This document shows, in pieces, positions 19,473 through 30,400 of a DNA stretch of 64,000 nt (position 1 is the first letter of the stretch; every line of letters begins with the position of its first letter). Source of the DNA: an uncultured cyanobacterium (GTDB taxonomy: Bacteria > Cyanobacteriota > Cyanobacteriia > Cyanobacteriales > Nostocaceae); NCBI GenBank assembly GCA_963706595.1, contig OY970166.1, positions 4,448,001 through 4,512,000 of the forward strand. The letters run 5' to 3'. Under the pieces are notes generated by a model. The model was given only the letters and a program-made list of their open reading frames with translations. It did not search any database and was not told the origin of the DNA. The position numbers and the translations under genes are program-made.

Positions 19473-19913
19473 TACTATTTAGGGGGTCAGGTTTGCACAG
19501 AAAATTTTTCTGGATCTATATTCCAATGTACTCAGTCAATAGCTTCTATGGAAGAGTTAATCTCAGACGTTACTGACTAAGAATATTAGCCTCAGCATTC
19601 TGGGTTAAGAGAAAGCTGTCCACGCCTCACTTGTCCAGCACTTTTTCCAGCTAGCTGACTTGATAGTGGCAAGCTATCCGACTAAACTAAAAGAAGACTT
19701 CGGAGTATTTGTACTCAATGGAAATTTAACCAGATGTAAGAAACTCTTGACCCACAATATTAGCAAAGGTAAATTTGGTAGGCTTAATTCTGATCTCCAA
19801 ACCACAGAAATAACCCTGATCGTTAAATAACCCTTTGAAATAGGCATATTAACCAGATAGCATTGCCATAAATCTAAACATACTCATTAGGATTACAAGG
19901 TCAGTAAGCATCA

Positions 19914-22505
19914 ATGTCGCAGTTTTATTTTGATACAAACAATAACGGTCATAAATCTTTTGAATTACCAGGCGCTAAACCGCACTACAACCCCGACCGT
20001 CCTGGACAAGTAGAGCATATTTTCCTGGATTTGTGTTTGGATATTCCTCGCCAAAGTTATCACGGTACTTGCAGCATACGTCTGTTACCGATCCGGAATG
20101 GCATTGACCGTTTGACGTTGGATGCTGTCAATCTGAAAATCCAGTCTGTACAGGTAGACGAAATAGCGCAGGATTTTGACTATAACGGCGAACAGCTAAC
20201 TATTCAACTTTCCCAACCAACACAGATTGCTAAACATTTGTTGATTGCGATCGCCTACTCAGTAGAAAAACCCCAACGCGGTATATACTTCATTCAACCA
20301 GACAAACATTACCCCAACAAACCCACCCAAGTTTGGACACAAGGCGAAGACGAAGACTCTCGTTTCTGGTTTCCCTGCTTCGACTATCCCGGACAACTTT
20401 CCACTTCCGAAATTCGGGTGCGCGTTCCCAAAGATTTAATTGCTATTTCCAACGGCGAACTCATCGACACCCAAAAAGATGGAGATGAAAAAATCTACCA
20501 TTGGTCACAACAGCAGATTCATCCTACCTACTTAATGACCTTAGCCGTCGGTGACTTTGCCGAAATTCGGGACGAATGGCAAGGTAAACCCGTCACCTAT
20601 TATGTAGAAAAGGGTAGAAAAGACGATGCTAAACGCAGCATGGGCAAAACTCCCCGCATGATGGAGTTTTTAAGCGAAAAGTATGGTTATGCTTATGCTT
20701 TTCCTAAATATGCCCAAGTTTGTGTAGATGACTTCATCTTTGGCGGGATGGAAAATACTTCCACAACCCTACTCACAGATAGATGTTTAATCGATGAACG
20801 CGCCGCCTTAGATAACCGTGGTACAGAAAGTTTAGTTGTTCACGAATTAGCGCACCAATGGTTTGGTGACTTACTGGTAATTAAACATTGGTCTCATGCT
20901 TGGATTAAGGAAGGGATGGCTTCCTACTCTGAAGTCATGTGGACAGAACATGAATATGGCGACCAAGAAGCCGCATATTATCGATTATTAGAAGCCAGAA
21001 GTTACTTAAGCGAAGATAGTCACCGCTACCGCCGCCCAATGGTAACTCATGTTTACCGAGAAGCCATCGAACTTTATGACCGCCATATCTACGAAAAAGG
21101 ATCTTGTGTTTATCACATGATTCGGGCGGAATTAGGAGAAGAATTATTTTGGCCAGCAATTCACACCTTTGTTCAAGATCATGCCCATAAAACTGTCGAA
21201 ACAGTAGACTTACTCCGCGCCATTGAAAAGGCGACTGGGCGTAATTTGGCATACCTCTTTGATCAATACGTTTATCGTGGTGGTCATCCTGATTTTAAAG
21301 TAGCTTACTCTTGGGATGGAGATGCTAATTTAGCCAAAGTCACAGTCACTCAAACCCAAGCCGACAAAAATGATAGTAAAGATTTGTTTGACCTGAAAAT
21401 CCCCATTGGTTTTGGTTACACTCAACCAAGTAAAACTGCACAACTTAACACTTTCACTGTGCGGGTAAATCAACGGGAACAAAGCTTTTACTTCCCCTTA
21501 GCAGAAAAACCGCAATTTGTCAGCTTTGATGTGGGAAATCATTTCCTCAAAACGGTGACTTTGGAGTATTCAATCCCAGAGTTGAAAGCCCAGTTAGAAT
21601 TTGACCCTAACCCCATTTCTCGGATCTATGCAGCCGAAGCTTTAGCCAAAAAAGGTGGATTAGAAGCTACCAATGCTTTGTCAGATGCACTCAAACATGA
21701 TTCATTTTGGGGTGTGCAGGTCGAAGTCGCGAAACAACTAGCCGAAATTAAGTTAGATCAAGCCTTTGATGGGTTAGTTCCCGGATTACAAGACCAAAAT
21801 GCTTTTGTGCGGCGTGCGGTGGTAGAAGCATTGGCGACCATCAAAACCTATGACAGTTACAAAGCCGTGAAAAAGTTGGTTAAACATGGCGATCCTAGTT
21901 ACTACGTGGAAGCAGCCGCAAGTCGGGCTGTGGGGTCAATCGCAGCTGTGAATTTGGCAGATAAACCCAAAGAAGAAAAGGTAATTAAACTGCTGCAATC
22001 CGTTTTAGAATCAAGGGCGGGCTGGAATGAAGTTGTGCGGAGTGGTGCAATTGGCGGTTTAGCTGAACTGAAAACTTCAGAAGCTGCTTTAAATCTGCTG
22101 CTAGAATACACAAAACTTGGTATCCCGCAACCGTTGCGTTTAGCCACAATTCGGGCTTTAGGCAAGATTTCTGTGGGTCAAAGTCCGATGAATTTAGAAC
22201 GGATTTTAGAAAAGTTAGCAGAACTAGCCAAAGAAACCTTCTTTTTAACCCAAGTGGCTGTAGTCATGGCTTTGGGACAAATGGAAACTCGCAAAGCTAT
22301 GGGGATTTTGCAATCGCTAGCCGACCAAACAGCCGACGGGCGTGTGCGTCGCTATGCTGAAGAGGAAATTTCCAAGGTGCAAAAAAATGTGGGGACAGAC
22401 AACGCATTGCGCCAAATGCGGGAGGAACTAGACCAACTCAAGCAACAAAACCAAGAACTGAAAAGTCGCTTGGAAGGTTTGGAAGCAAAATCTAATAGTC
22501 ATTAG
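19914..22505 (+). CDS. pepN: M1 aminopeptidase with C-terminal HEAT repeats and coiled coil
   Basis: GGMEN, HELAHQWFG...WIKEG zinc motif, YEKG. Confidence 0.9.
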   Translation: MSQFYFDTNNNGHKSFELPGAKPHYNPDRPGQVEHIFLDLCLDIPRQSYHGTCSIRLLPIRNGIDRLTLDAVNLKIQSVQVDEIAQDFDYNGEQLTIQLSQPTQIAKHLLIAIAYSVEKPQRGIYFIQPDKHYPNKPTQVWTQGEDEDSRFWFPCFDYPGQLSTSEIRVRVPKDLIAISNGELIDTQKDGDEKIYHWSQQQIHPTYLMTLAVGDFAEIRDEWQGKPVTYYVEKGRKDDAKRSMGKTPRMMEFLSEKYGYAYAFPKYAQVCVDDFIFGGMENTSTTLLTDRCLIDERAALDNRGTESLVVHELAHQWFGDLLVIKHWSHAWIKEGMASYSEVMWTEHEYGDQEAAYYRLLEARSYLSEDSHRYRRPMVTHVYREAIELYDRHIYEKGSCVYHMIRAELGEELFWPAIHTFVQDHAHKTVETVDLLRAIEKATGRNLAYLFDQYVYRGGHPDFKVAYSWDGDANLAKVTVTQTQADKNDSKDLFDLKIPIGFGYTQPSKTAQLNTFTVRVNQREQSFYFPLAEKPQFVSFDVGNHFLKTVTLEYSIPELKAQLEFDPNPISRIYAAEALAKKGGLEATNALSDALKHDSFWGVQVEVAKQLAEIKLDQAFDGLVPGLQDQNAFVRRAVVEALATIKTYDSYKAVKKLVKHGDPSYYVEAAASRAVGSIAAVNLADKPKEEKVIKLLQSVLESRAGWNEVVRSGAIGGLAELKTSEAALNLLLEYTKLGIPQPLRLATIRALGKISVGQSPMNLERILEKLAELAKETFFLTQVAVVMALGQMETRKAMGILQSLADQTADGRVRRYAEEEISKVQKNVGTDNALRQMREELDQLKQQNQELKSRLEGLEAKSNSH

Positions 22506-22545
22506 TCATTGGTCATTGGTCATTGGTTATTGGTTATTGGTCATG
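22497..22545. repeat. Heptamer tandem repeat (TTGGTCA/TTGGTTA)n
   Basis: Directly visible at the pepN stop codon. Confidence 0.8.
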
Positions 22546-22924
22546 AGATGGGGTAGTGATGATGAGGAAAACTTCTTCCCTACTCCCTACTCCCCAGAAG
22601 AAGCAGGGGGTACTGGTGCAGGGTGCAAGGGGGAGTTAGAAATAGAAATTACTTTAAACTTGTTTACTTAACAACCGTTCCTCTTCTCCCCCACTCCCTA
22701 CTCCCCACTCCCTAATTTGTACTTTTATAAAGTATAATTAAGGAAAAGATAAAAACATCTGGAAAGTAATCTAGCCTCAAACGGCCAAGAAGACTACCAG
22801 GAAACAATTTAAATTCCTAGTTTTTGATACAAAAGTACACAAAATCCCGACATACAATTAATTTGTACGTGGGGACATAAAAAACGCAAGTATATAATTC
22901 CCAGTTGAAGAGGTATGTAAAGGC

Positions 22925-24649
22925 GTGGGTCAGAATCAGCCCGGTCAGCTAAGACGCTACAATTCAGACGCGATCGCTCGTCACTATCGTTACCGTCCCT
23001 GGCTTGCTTGGGGACGAATGTTACAAGTTATCTGGTCTTTTGCTGTATTTATTTTGAGTCTCAAGTGGGACGACTGGCAAGATAAAGTTGAGCAAAACAA
23101 AGGGAAACGCGCTACACAATTACGAGAACTACTCACTAGACTTGGCCCGACATTTATTAAAGTAGGTCAAGCCCTATCCACTCGGCCAGATTTGGTACGT
23201 AAAGATTTCCTAGAGGAACTGATTAAACTGCAAGATCAGTTACCACCATTTGATAATGCGATCGCTTATCAAATTATCGAAACCGAATTAGACAGATCCA
23301 TCTCTGACATTTACAGCGAATTGTCACCTAGCCCAGTGGCTGCTGCTAGTTTAGGGCAAGTATATCGTGGTCGTCTACTAACTGGCGAAGAAGTAGCTGT
23401 AAAAGTGCAGCGTCCCAACTTACGCCCAGTCATCACACTCGACCTTTATCTGATGCGCTGGATAGCTGGCTGGTTAGCACCATGGCTACCCCTGAATCTC
23501 GGTCACGATCTCAGTTTAATTGTGGACGAATTCGGCATCAAGTTATTTGAAGAAATTGATTACATCAATGAAGGTCGTAACGCCGAAAAATTTGCCAGCA
23601 ATTTCCGCAACGATCCGCGAGTTAAAATTCCGGATATTTACTGGAGTTATACCAACACTCATGTTTTAACTCTGGAATGGATTAATGGCTTCAAACTCAC
23701 CGATACTGACAGAATCAAAGCCGCAGGTTTAGACCCAGAGGAAATTATTCAAATTGCGGTAACATCCGGACTGCAACAGCTATTGGAACACGGCTTTTTC
23801 CATGCTGACCCCCACCCAGGAAATTTGTTTGCTATGCCTGATGGACGCATGGCTTACATTGATTTCGGCATGATGGATCAGCTAGAGGAAAACACTAAAG
23901 AAACTGTAGTAGATGCGCTAGTACATCTGGTAAACAAAGACTACGCCGATTTAGCCGCAGATTTTGTCGCATTAGGTTTTCTCACACCAAACACGAATAT
24001 TTGCCCCATTATCCCAGCCTTAGAATCAGTATTGGGAAATGCCATTGGCAAAAATGTCAATGAATTTAACTTCAGAACCATAACTGACGAGTTCTCGGAA
24101 CTGATGTATGAATATCCGTTTCGAGTTCCGGCCAAGTTCGCCTTGATTATTCGTTCTCTGGTGACTCAAGAAGGTATTGCCCTCAGTCTCAATCCAAACT
24201 TCAAAATTGTAGAAGTGGGTTATCCCTACATAGCACGACGCTTACTAACTGGCGAATCTCCTGAATTAAGGCGGCGACTATTGAACGTCTTATTTAAAGA
24301 TGGTAAATTCCAGTGGGAACGCTTAGAGAATTTAATCGAAATTGCTCGTACTGATAGCAACTTTGATGTCTTGCCGACAGCGCAAATGGGATTACAATAT
24401 CTCATGTCTGAAGAAGGCAAATTTCTCCGCCGAGAGTTCGTATTAGCACTCACCGAAGATGACCGTCTTCATACAGAAGAAGTTCAACGCCTATGGGATT
24501 TGGTGAAAGAAGACATTAAACCAAATCGGTTGTTAGACGTAGCCATTGGTATGTTGACAGAGTTATCAAGAGAAAGCGTAGCGGCTATCATTCCCCAATC
24601 TGGTTTCTTCGCTGCTTTTAGTGCTGTGCAACCAAACAGTAAAAAATAA
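22925..24649 (+). CDS. ABC1/UbiB/AarF family atypical kinase
   Basis: LGPTFIKVGQ, AAASLGQVY, VAVKVQRP, FFHADPHPGN, DFGM. Confidence 0.92.
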   Translation: MGQNQPGQLRRYNSDAIARHYRYRPWLAWGRMLQVIWSFAVFILSLKWDDWQDKVEQNKGKRATQLRELLTRLGPTFIKVGQALSTRPDLVRKDFLEELIKLQDQLPPFDNAIAYQIIETELDRSISDIYSELSPSPVAAASLGQVYRGRLLTGEEVAVKVQRPNLRPVITLDLYLMRWIAGWLAPWLPLNLGHDLSLIVDEFGIKLFEEIDYINEGRNAEKFASNFRNDPRVKIPDIYWSYTNTHVLTLEWINGFKLTDTDRIKAAGLDPEEIIQIAVTSGLQQLLEHGFFHADPHPGNLFAMPDGRMAYIDFGMMDQLEENTKETVVDALVHLVNKDYADLAADFVALGFLTPNTNICPIIPALESVLGNAIGKNVNEFNFRTITDEFSELMYEYPFRVPAKFALIIRSLVTQEGIALSLNPNFKIVEVGYPYIARRLLTGESPELRRRLLNVLFKDGKFQWERLENLIEIARTDSNFDVLPTAQMGLQYLMSEEGKFLRREFVLALTEDDRLHTEEVQRLWDLVKEDIKPNRLLDVAIGMLTELSRESVAAIIPQSGFFAAFSAVQPNSKK

Positions 24650-24700
24650 ACAGACTAAAATTTTTACTGCATAACTTTTTAATATCAATTTGGAGTTTTC

Positions 24701-25069
24701 ATGTACTATTTCCCGGAACAACCACCTTATTTTCTGTTAATTATTGGTTTTTTAATTGCATTGACTTCTGGTCTAGCCTTATCTGGCACACTCAAAGTAA
24801 TAGTGCAGCAATGGCCAGAAGATAATGCCAAAAGTTCTAAATCTGCTTCCTCATTAAAACAGTTATTTGTGCCATTTCTGGGAATTACTGTCGGTGTTTC
24901 TGTATTCCTCTCATCAGGTTTAGAGATATTTGGTTTTCCGTCCCCCTTGGCTTTAGGAATTGGTTTACCAGTCAGTTTTCTGACTTGTTTACTGGTCTGG
25001 CTGCAATTGGGAAGTCTGCTCACTTTTGCCCAACGCGAAGGAATGCAAGCTCTAGATTTAGATTCTTGA
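24701..25069 (+). CDS. Small hypothetical membrane protein
   Basis: 122 aa with three hydrophobic segments, an RBS-like GGAG upstream and a terminator-like hairpin at about 25103-25143. Confidence 0.7.
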   Translation: MYYFPEQPPYFLLIIGFLIALTSGLALSGTLKVIVQQWPEDNAKSSKSASSLKQLFVPFLGITVGVSVFLSSGLEIFGFPSPLALGIGLPVSFLTCLLVWLQLGSLLTFAQREGMQALDLDS

Positions 25070-25158
25070 TCTGATAACTATTCATAATTACAATTTATTG
25101 TGAAGTGCTGAATATATTCCACGTTTTTATTCAGCACTTTTTTTGTTAATAATTAACT

Positions 25159-25932
25159 TTAGTTATAGTAAAATTCAGCATTTTTTAAAGCCATGACTCT
25201 AGCTAAATTTAAACGGTAGTGATAGCCAATTCTGCGTTGCCATTTTTCCCATAAAGTCTTCTGCTTATTGCTATAGGAAGCATCCGTGTGATGCATAACA
25301 TCTTTAATTTCTTGCCAGCCATCTTGGTAAATAGTCCACCCCACCTTAGTAGCAGCTATTCCCATTGCATTACCTGCACCAGCATGAATTCCTCTTAATT
25401 CTAAATACCTGCCAATCATTGCCCAAGTTTTTAAGTAATCGATTTCCCTACCATTGTCTCTAGCAATAACAAATAAAGATTCTCCCACATAAGTCACAGT
25501 TTCTAAATCTATGTTGAAATGTGAAGCCACTTTTTGAAGAGATGGTAATCTTTCAGGAGTATACTGGGTGACGTGTTCTACCAAGTTTTCATAGTGTCCG
25601 ACTGTGATTCCTGGTTTCCACTGTATATTCTCTGGTAAAGGAGCTAATATTCTTGTATCTGCATCAATATGAACTGCCGCCGGAAATTTTGACAACGCTA
25701 TTTCCATGAGAATGCTTTTATCATGATAACAATGCAGAATCCCCTTTTGGCGATGTTTAAAAGCTAAAACATTAGAATTGTCTTGAAAACAACTTGGTTC
25801 GTCTGTTAATACTAACAATTTAGTCCCAGGAGCATATTTCTCTAAATCACTAGCCAATTGTTGAGCTAGCAGACGATATTTATTTCTTAAGGCTAAGGTA
25901 CAAAAGCAGAAATCTTTTTGTTCGTGATTCAT
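25159..25932 (-). CDS. Hypothetical protein, glycosyltransferase (GT-A)-like
   Basis: LLVLTD and HIDADT (DxD) motifs. Confidence 0.55.
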   Translation of the reverse strand: MNHEQKDFCFCTLALRNKYRLLAQQLASDLEKYAPGTKLLVLTDEPSCFQDNSNVLAFKHRQKGILHCYHDKSILMEIALSKFPAAVHIDADTRILAPLPENIQWKPGITVGHYENLVEHVTQYTPERLPSLQKVASHFNIDLETVTYVGESLFVIARDNGREIDYLKTWAMIGRYLELRGIHAGAGNAMGIAATKVGWTIYQDGWQEIKDVMHHTDASYSNKQKTLWEKWQRRIGYHYRLNLARVMALKNAEFYYN

Positions 25933-26409
25933 AAACTGCTTACTAGCTAGTATTTTATGGTAATTTTAGTATAGAATTAAGGATCAACAAGAGAATTTAA
26001 AAGCTATTATACAGTAAAAATTAGAGGATGAATGCACCAGTCTCATTGATTACTAGCCCTGGCGACTAAAAGTGGAGGCTACACAAACTAAACCCGCACT
26101 TCGGCAAGTGTTACAGTCAGCTTGTGGAACTGCTCAGTGACCACCTTTGGGGGTTAAAAACCTTGATTTTTCATTAGTCCAGGTCAGTGCTGTGCTTTTG
26201 TAGTGGTGTATCGCGAAAGGGAAAGGTACGCTAACGCGGAGCGTGCCGGAGGCTCTATTATTATATTCACCCAAATAACTTTAAAACAACATCCTTTTTA
26301 GAGATATTGTCTCTGTCTGCTGTCTGAGTTATGAGATACTAGAGTTCTGATATAAATTAACTTATTAGCTCAATAATTCGAGCGTTGGGAACGTGGGAGG
26401 GGTCAGAGA

Positions 26410-27642
26410 GTGGCTGATGATAAAAGTGGAGTAATGCCAGAACAGATTGATTACCAAGATTTTTCCTGGCCTTTCTGGTTTACATTGCCACTCTACCCTT
26501 ATGGCAAACGGCGGACAATCCGTAAAGAAGTAGTTAAAGACACAATCTGGACTTTTGACCAAATGCAGGGGATTTTCTACGTTGTTGTGCCAATTCGCAT
26601 GACCGTAGTTAAGCTGGATGAAGGTGGTCTTTTTGTATACGCTCCCGTTGCACCTACCCCTGAATGTATCCGATTTGTGAAAGAGTTGGTGGCAGAACAC
26701 GGTGATGTTAAATATATTATTTTGCCAACCGTCTCCGGGCTAGAACACAAAGTCTTTGTTGGTCCCTTTGCCAGATATTTTCCCAGCGCACAGGTGTTTG
26801 TGGCCCCTCATCAATGGAGTTTTCCCTTAAATCTTCCCCTCAGTTGGCTGGGATTACCTGCTAAATATACGCAGGTATTACCGGAAGATAGTAGTAAAAC
26901 ACCATTCGCTGACCAGTTTGACTATGCGATTCTCGGTCCGATTGAGTTGGGTCCGGGAAGGTTTGCAGAAGTGGCATTTTTCCACAAGCGATCGCATACT
27001 TTATTAGTAACAGATTCAGTAATATCTGTATCAGCCGATCCGCCAGCGATCGTACAATTAGATCCATATCCCTTGCTATTTCATGCCAAAGACAAGGCAT
27101 CTGATCTGATTGCAGATACTCACGCAAATCGCCGTAAAGGATGGCAACGGGTTTCGTTATTTGCTTTGTATTTTCGTCCCAGTGTTTTAGAAGTGGTCGG
27201 ATTGGGTAAAGTATTACGCGATGCGATTAAAGCACCCAATCGCTCACAAAAAGCCTATTTTGGCTTATTTCCCTTTAAATGGCCATCAGATTGGCAGCGC
27301 TCATTTGATATACTCAGAGGTGAGGGTCGTTTGTTTGTCGCACCCATTTTGCAAACGCTGATTCTCAACCGCGCGCCAAGAGAAACCATTGACTGGGCCC
27401 AGAAGGTGGCGAGTTGGAATTTTGAGTGGATTATTCCTTGTCACTTCGATGCACCGCTTCCAGCAAAACCGGAGCAGTTTCGTCAAGCATTCTCCTTTCT
27501 AGAAAAGCATCCGGCTACCAGTGCAAGTTTGTTAAGTAGTAATAGTTATCCCTTACCAGAGGAGGATTTTCAACTACTTAGAGATATTGATCAAGGTTTA
27601 ATAAAAACTGGCATTGTGCCACCAGCAAAGGAGAAAGTGTAG
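26410..27642 (+). CDS. DUF4336-family protein (metallo-beta-lactamase-like fold)
   Basis: RMTVVKL..GGLFVYAPVAPT, GLEHK, EVAFFHKRSHTLLVTD, IIPCHF. Confidence 0.8.
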   Translation: MADDKSGVMPEQIDYQDFSWPFWFTLPLYPYGKRRTIRKEVVKDTIWTFDQMQGIFYVVVPIRMTVVKLDEGGLFVYAPVAPTPECIRFVKELVAEHGDVKYIILPTVSGLEHKVFVGPFARYFPSAQVFVAPHQWSFPLNLPLSWLGLPAKYTQVLPEDSSKTPFADQFDYAILGPIELGPGRFAEVAFFHKRSHTLLVTDSVISVSADPPAIVQLDPYPLLFHAKDKASDLIADTHANRRKGWQRVSLFALYFRPSVLEVVGLGKVLRDAIKAPNRSQKAYFGLFPFKWPSDWQRSFDILRGEGRLFVAPILQTLILNRAPRETIDWAQKVASWNFEWIIPCHFDAPLPAKPEQFRQAFSFLEKHPATSASLLSSNSYPLPEEDFQLLRDIDQGLIKTGIVPPAKEKV

Positions 27643-27889
27643 GCTAAAATCTGAACGATGGGCGACAGGGGGCTGTGAATCCCAGCCATTAAAAGTAGTG
27701 ATTGCTGCTGAACATTTGAGCATAATTAAGCTAAAAATTGAATATATAGCTTTGAGAAGGTCGCCTCAATAGAAAGTTTCAAAACCCTCAAAAACCCCAA
27801 AAAAGCGATTGTACACAGATAAATCAGTACCCCAGCAGATTCAGAAACGCGATCACCGAATTATCTTTTAAGCAAAACGTAGTTTTATT

Positions 27890-28402
27890 ATGCCCAGTTC
27901 CAAAATATTCACTACATCTTTTGACTTTCAAGAAGTTTACCCTTGTCCCGTCTGTCGCGTCGGTAAAATTTCTCGGATGCCAATGATGGAAACTATGGCT
28001 TGTGATTTCTGCCATGAAATTTTTACCGTTAACCTAGAACAACAACAAATCAAGATGCCTTCTCGGCAACCTCCCCTGATTTGGCGCTGGAATGGCTTTA
28101 ATTGGACAGAAGCCCAGTTGGAGGGCTTTGAATTGGGTTGGGGTTATGGGCTAGCCGCTATTGCTTTTGTGGTGCTGCCCACAAGCTTAATTGGTCTAGT
28201 CGCTTACTACTTTCCGGCAATAGCTCATGATCCGATTACTTGGATACCATATATTTGGACAATATTAACTTTCTTGTTACATTTATCGATTATTCTGTGG
28301 ATTTTAGTGGAGATTTATCAAATTCCTGTTGTCGCTTATTTCAGAGCCATGAATCGGTGGCGCAATGGCATGATGGCGAGATATCGACGCTCTCCTGACT
28401 AG
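27890..28402 (+). CDS. Hypothetical protein with zinc ribbon and two TM helices
   Basis: CPVC...CDFC followed by two hydrophobic segments. Confidence 0.7.
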   Translation: MPSSKIFTTSFDFQEVYPCPVCRVGKISRMPMMETMACDFCHEIFTVNLEQQQIKMPSRQPPLIWRWNGFNWTEAQLEGFELGWGYGLAAIAFVVLPTSLIGLVAYYFPAIAHDPITWIPYIWTILTFLLHLSIILWILVEIYQIPVVAYFRAMNRWRNGMMARYRRSPD

Positions 28403-28477
28403 AAGTCAGGAGATTCACTACTAGGCTTTACACCCAGACTTAGCTTAAGGTTTCGTTGCTCTGGGCTTGGAAAACAC

Positions 28478-29083
28478 TTAACGACACTGGCGATATTTAA
28501 TATGATAGACTAAACCACGGTGAGCGAGGTCAAAGGAGTCAACAGTCGCCATTCCCTTACCACGGGCGCTCATTGCCGCATTCACACGCATATTTGCACT
28601 GTCGCCACAGCGTGACCAAATATCACCTACAGTTGCTAATTGATCTCGAACGTTGTAGTCACTTTCGCCTTTAAATGTCCTAGAAAAAACAGGTCCCCTC
28701 TGACCAGCAAAGAAGTATTCTGCTCTTAGCCTCCCAGTTGTGTTGGGAGCAACATAGCCCCGATAATCAGCATCATAAAGGGAGATTTGAAAGCCTTGGG
28801 GTACTTTAATCGGAATGCTCAAGTTACAACTTCTGCGACTTTTTGCTACATCATTTCCCAGAGCGATAAACTGATCAAATAGAATACTTAGCTCTTGTCC
28901 ATCGGGACTGACGCTCACACTAGCCGAACCAGCAGGACAACCGTTACCACCATATTCTGCACCGACAATTTCAACTTTGTTGTTAGCAAGGGCGGGACCG
29001 ACAGAAGCCGTCATCAGTGTAGCCGCAGCCAGAAAAGCTTTGGCAAAGTTGACAGATGTGTTTTTGAAGCTTTGATGATTCAT
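28478..29083 (-). CDS. DUF4360-family secreted protein
   Basis: Signal peptide, YGGNGCPAGS, CNLSIPIKVPQGFQ..DYRGY. Confidence 0.8.
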   Translation of the reverse strand: MNHQSFKNTSVNFAKAFLAAATLMTASVGPALANNKVEIVGAEYGGNGCPAGSASVSVSPDGQELSILFDQFIALGNDVAKSRRSCNLSIPIKVPQGFQISLYDADYRGYVAPNTTGRLRAEYFFAGQRGPVFSRTFKGESDYNVRDQLATVGDIWSRCGDSANMRVNAAMSARGKGMATVDSFDLAHRGLVYHIKYRQCR

Positions 29084-29682
29084 GAGTTACCTGCCTTGAT
29101 TATTATCGATGGTGTTAGCTCCAAATTGGATGCAGCGAATTTCGGAAATTTGAATGATTAAATTTATCCCACGAAGCCAGCGGTGTTGGTAGGTTAAGAT
29201 CCCAAGCCACCGAGAACAATTGCTTCTAGCCAAACAATCAGAATTAAATGCCACGATTTTGTCAGTATTTGTTTTGCATAAAAATCTTTTATTGTCAATA
29301 TCTAGATCAAGTGAGAAAATGGGTATAGGGCTGATTACAAATAACTACATCGATACAAAACTACACGTTTAACCAGGCGATCGCAGTAAAGTTTCGGTGT
29401 ATACAAAGAAGGTAGAGTATTTTAAAATTTGCCCACAAAAAGGTTATTTATGAACTGAGTTAGCTAAGACACCCTTGTATAATATTTAAATATCAGTATT
29501 GAATTTAGAGCCGATAGGGAGAAGCTCTGGTTGAATTGATTTATACCTGTGGACAAAAACCCGCCGACGGGCTGTCAAAACAGGAATTAAAACCGATTCC
29601 AGTCTTATGAGTAGATTTGAGTAGGTTTTATCTAGCGGCTGCATCACTCATACTTAATTTGATTGTTGACAAAAATATCATA

Positions 29683-30330
29683 ATGAGCGAGATGGAGCAG
29701 TATTATAGAGTTTTAGAAATAGAACCTGGAGCAACACTTGAGGAAGTCAATCAAGCTTATAAAGACTTGGTTTTTATTTGGCATCCTGATCGCATTCCTC
29801 AAGAAAATCACCGCTTACAGAAGAAAGCCCAAGACAAGCTCAAAGCCATTAATGAAGCTCGTGATAAATTGCGCTCTTTACATGGTAAGCAGAAAAACAT
29901 TTATCATTCTCCAGCATCTCAAGCAAAAACACCACCTGAAAGTACCTACAAACCACCTAAGACTAACCCTGATTTAAGTGGAAAAGATTTTAGTGGCTCG
30001 AACTTAAGCAACAAAGATTTATCTGGCAGAAATTTGAGTTACGCTGATTTGAGTGGGGCTGATTTGAGTGATACTTTTATGCACAAAGTTATTCTCCGAG
30101 GGGCAAATTTATCCTCGGCAAATTTGTTTCGAGCTAACTTACTTTTAGCCGATATGAGAGAAGCTAACTTGCGCTCTACTAACTTGATTGGTGCGGATTT
30201 GAGTGGAGCCGACTTGCGCGGAGCCGACTTAACAGGAGCGCGGATTCGTTCAGGCGATCGCCTACTGGTAAAATTGATTGGTGCTAACTTAGCTGGGGCA
30301 ATTATGCCTGATGGTGTTATCCATAGTTAA
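29683..30330 (+). CDS. DnaJ-domain plus pentapeptide-repeat protein
   Basis: J-domain WHPD and A(D/N)LXX repeats; start set at ATG 29683. Confidence 0.88.
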   Translation: MSEMEQYYRVLEIEPGATLEEVNQAYKDLVFIWHPDRIPQENHRLQKKAQDKLKAINEARDKLRSLHGKQKNIYHSPASQAKTPPESTYKPPKTNPDLSGKDFSGSNLSNKDLSGRNLSYADLSGADLSDTFMHKVILRGANLSSANLFRANLLLADMREANLRSTNLIGADLSGADLRGADLTGARIRSGDRLLVKLIGANLAGAIMPDGVIHS

Positions 30331-30400
30331 CATCAGTACATAAAGAAGGTATTGTTAACGTAAAGATGCCGACTATAAACTCGAAAAATCAGCTTTATTT

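Noticed and set aside
27655..27700. Possible tRNA fragment (GGGGGCTGTGAATCCCAGCC)
   Set aside because: No cloverleaf or proper T-loop; I found no tRNA or rRNA gene in the window.
29160..29235. Structured leader upstream of the DUF4360 gene as a riboswitch
   Set aside because: A hairpin is possible, but I cannot match it to any known aptamer consensus.
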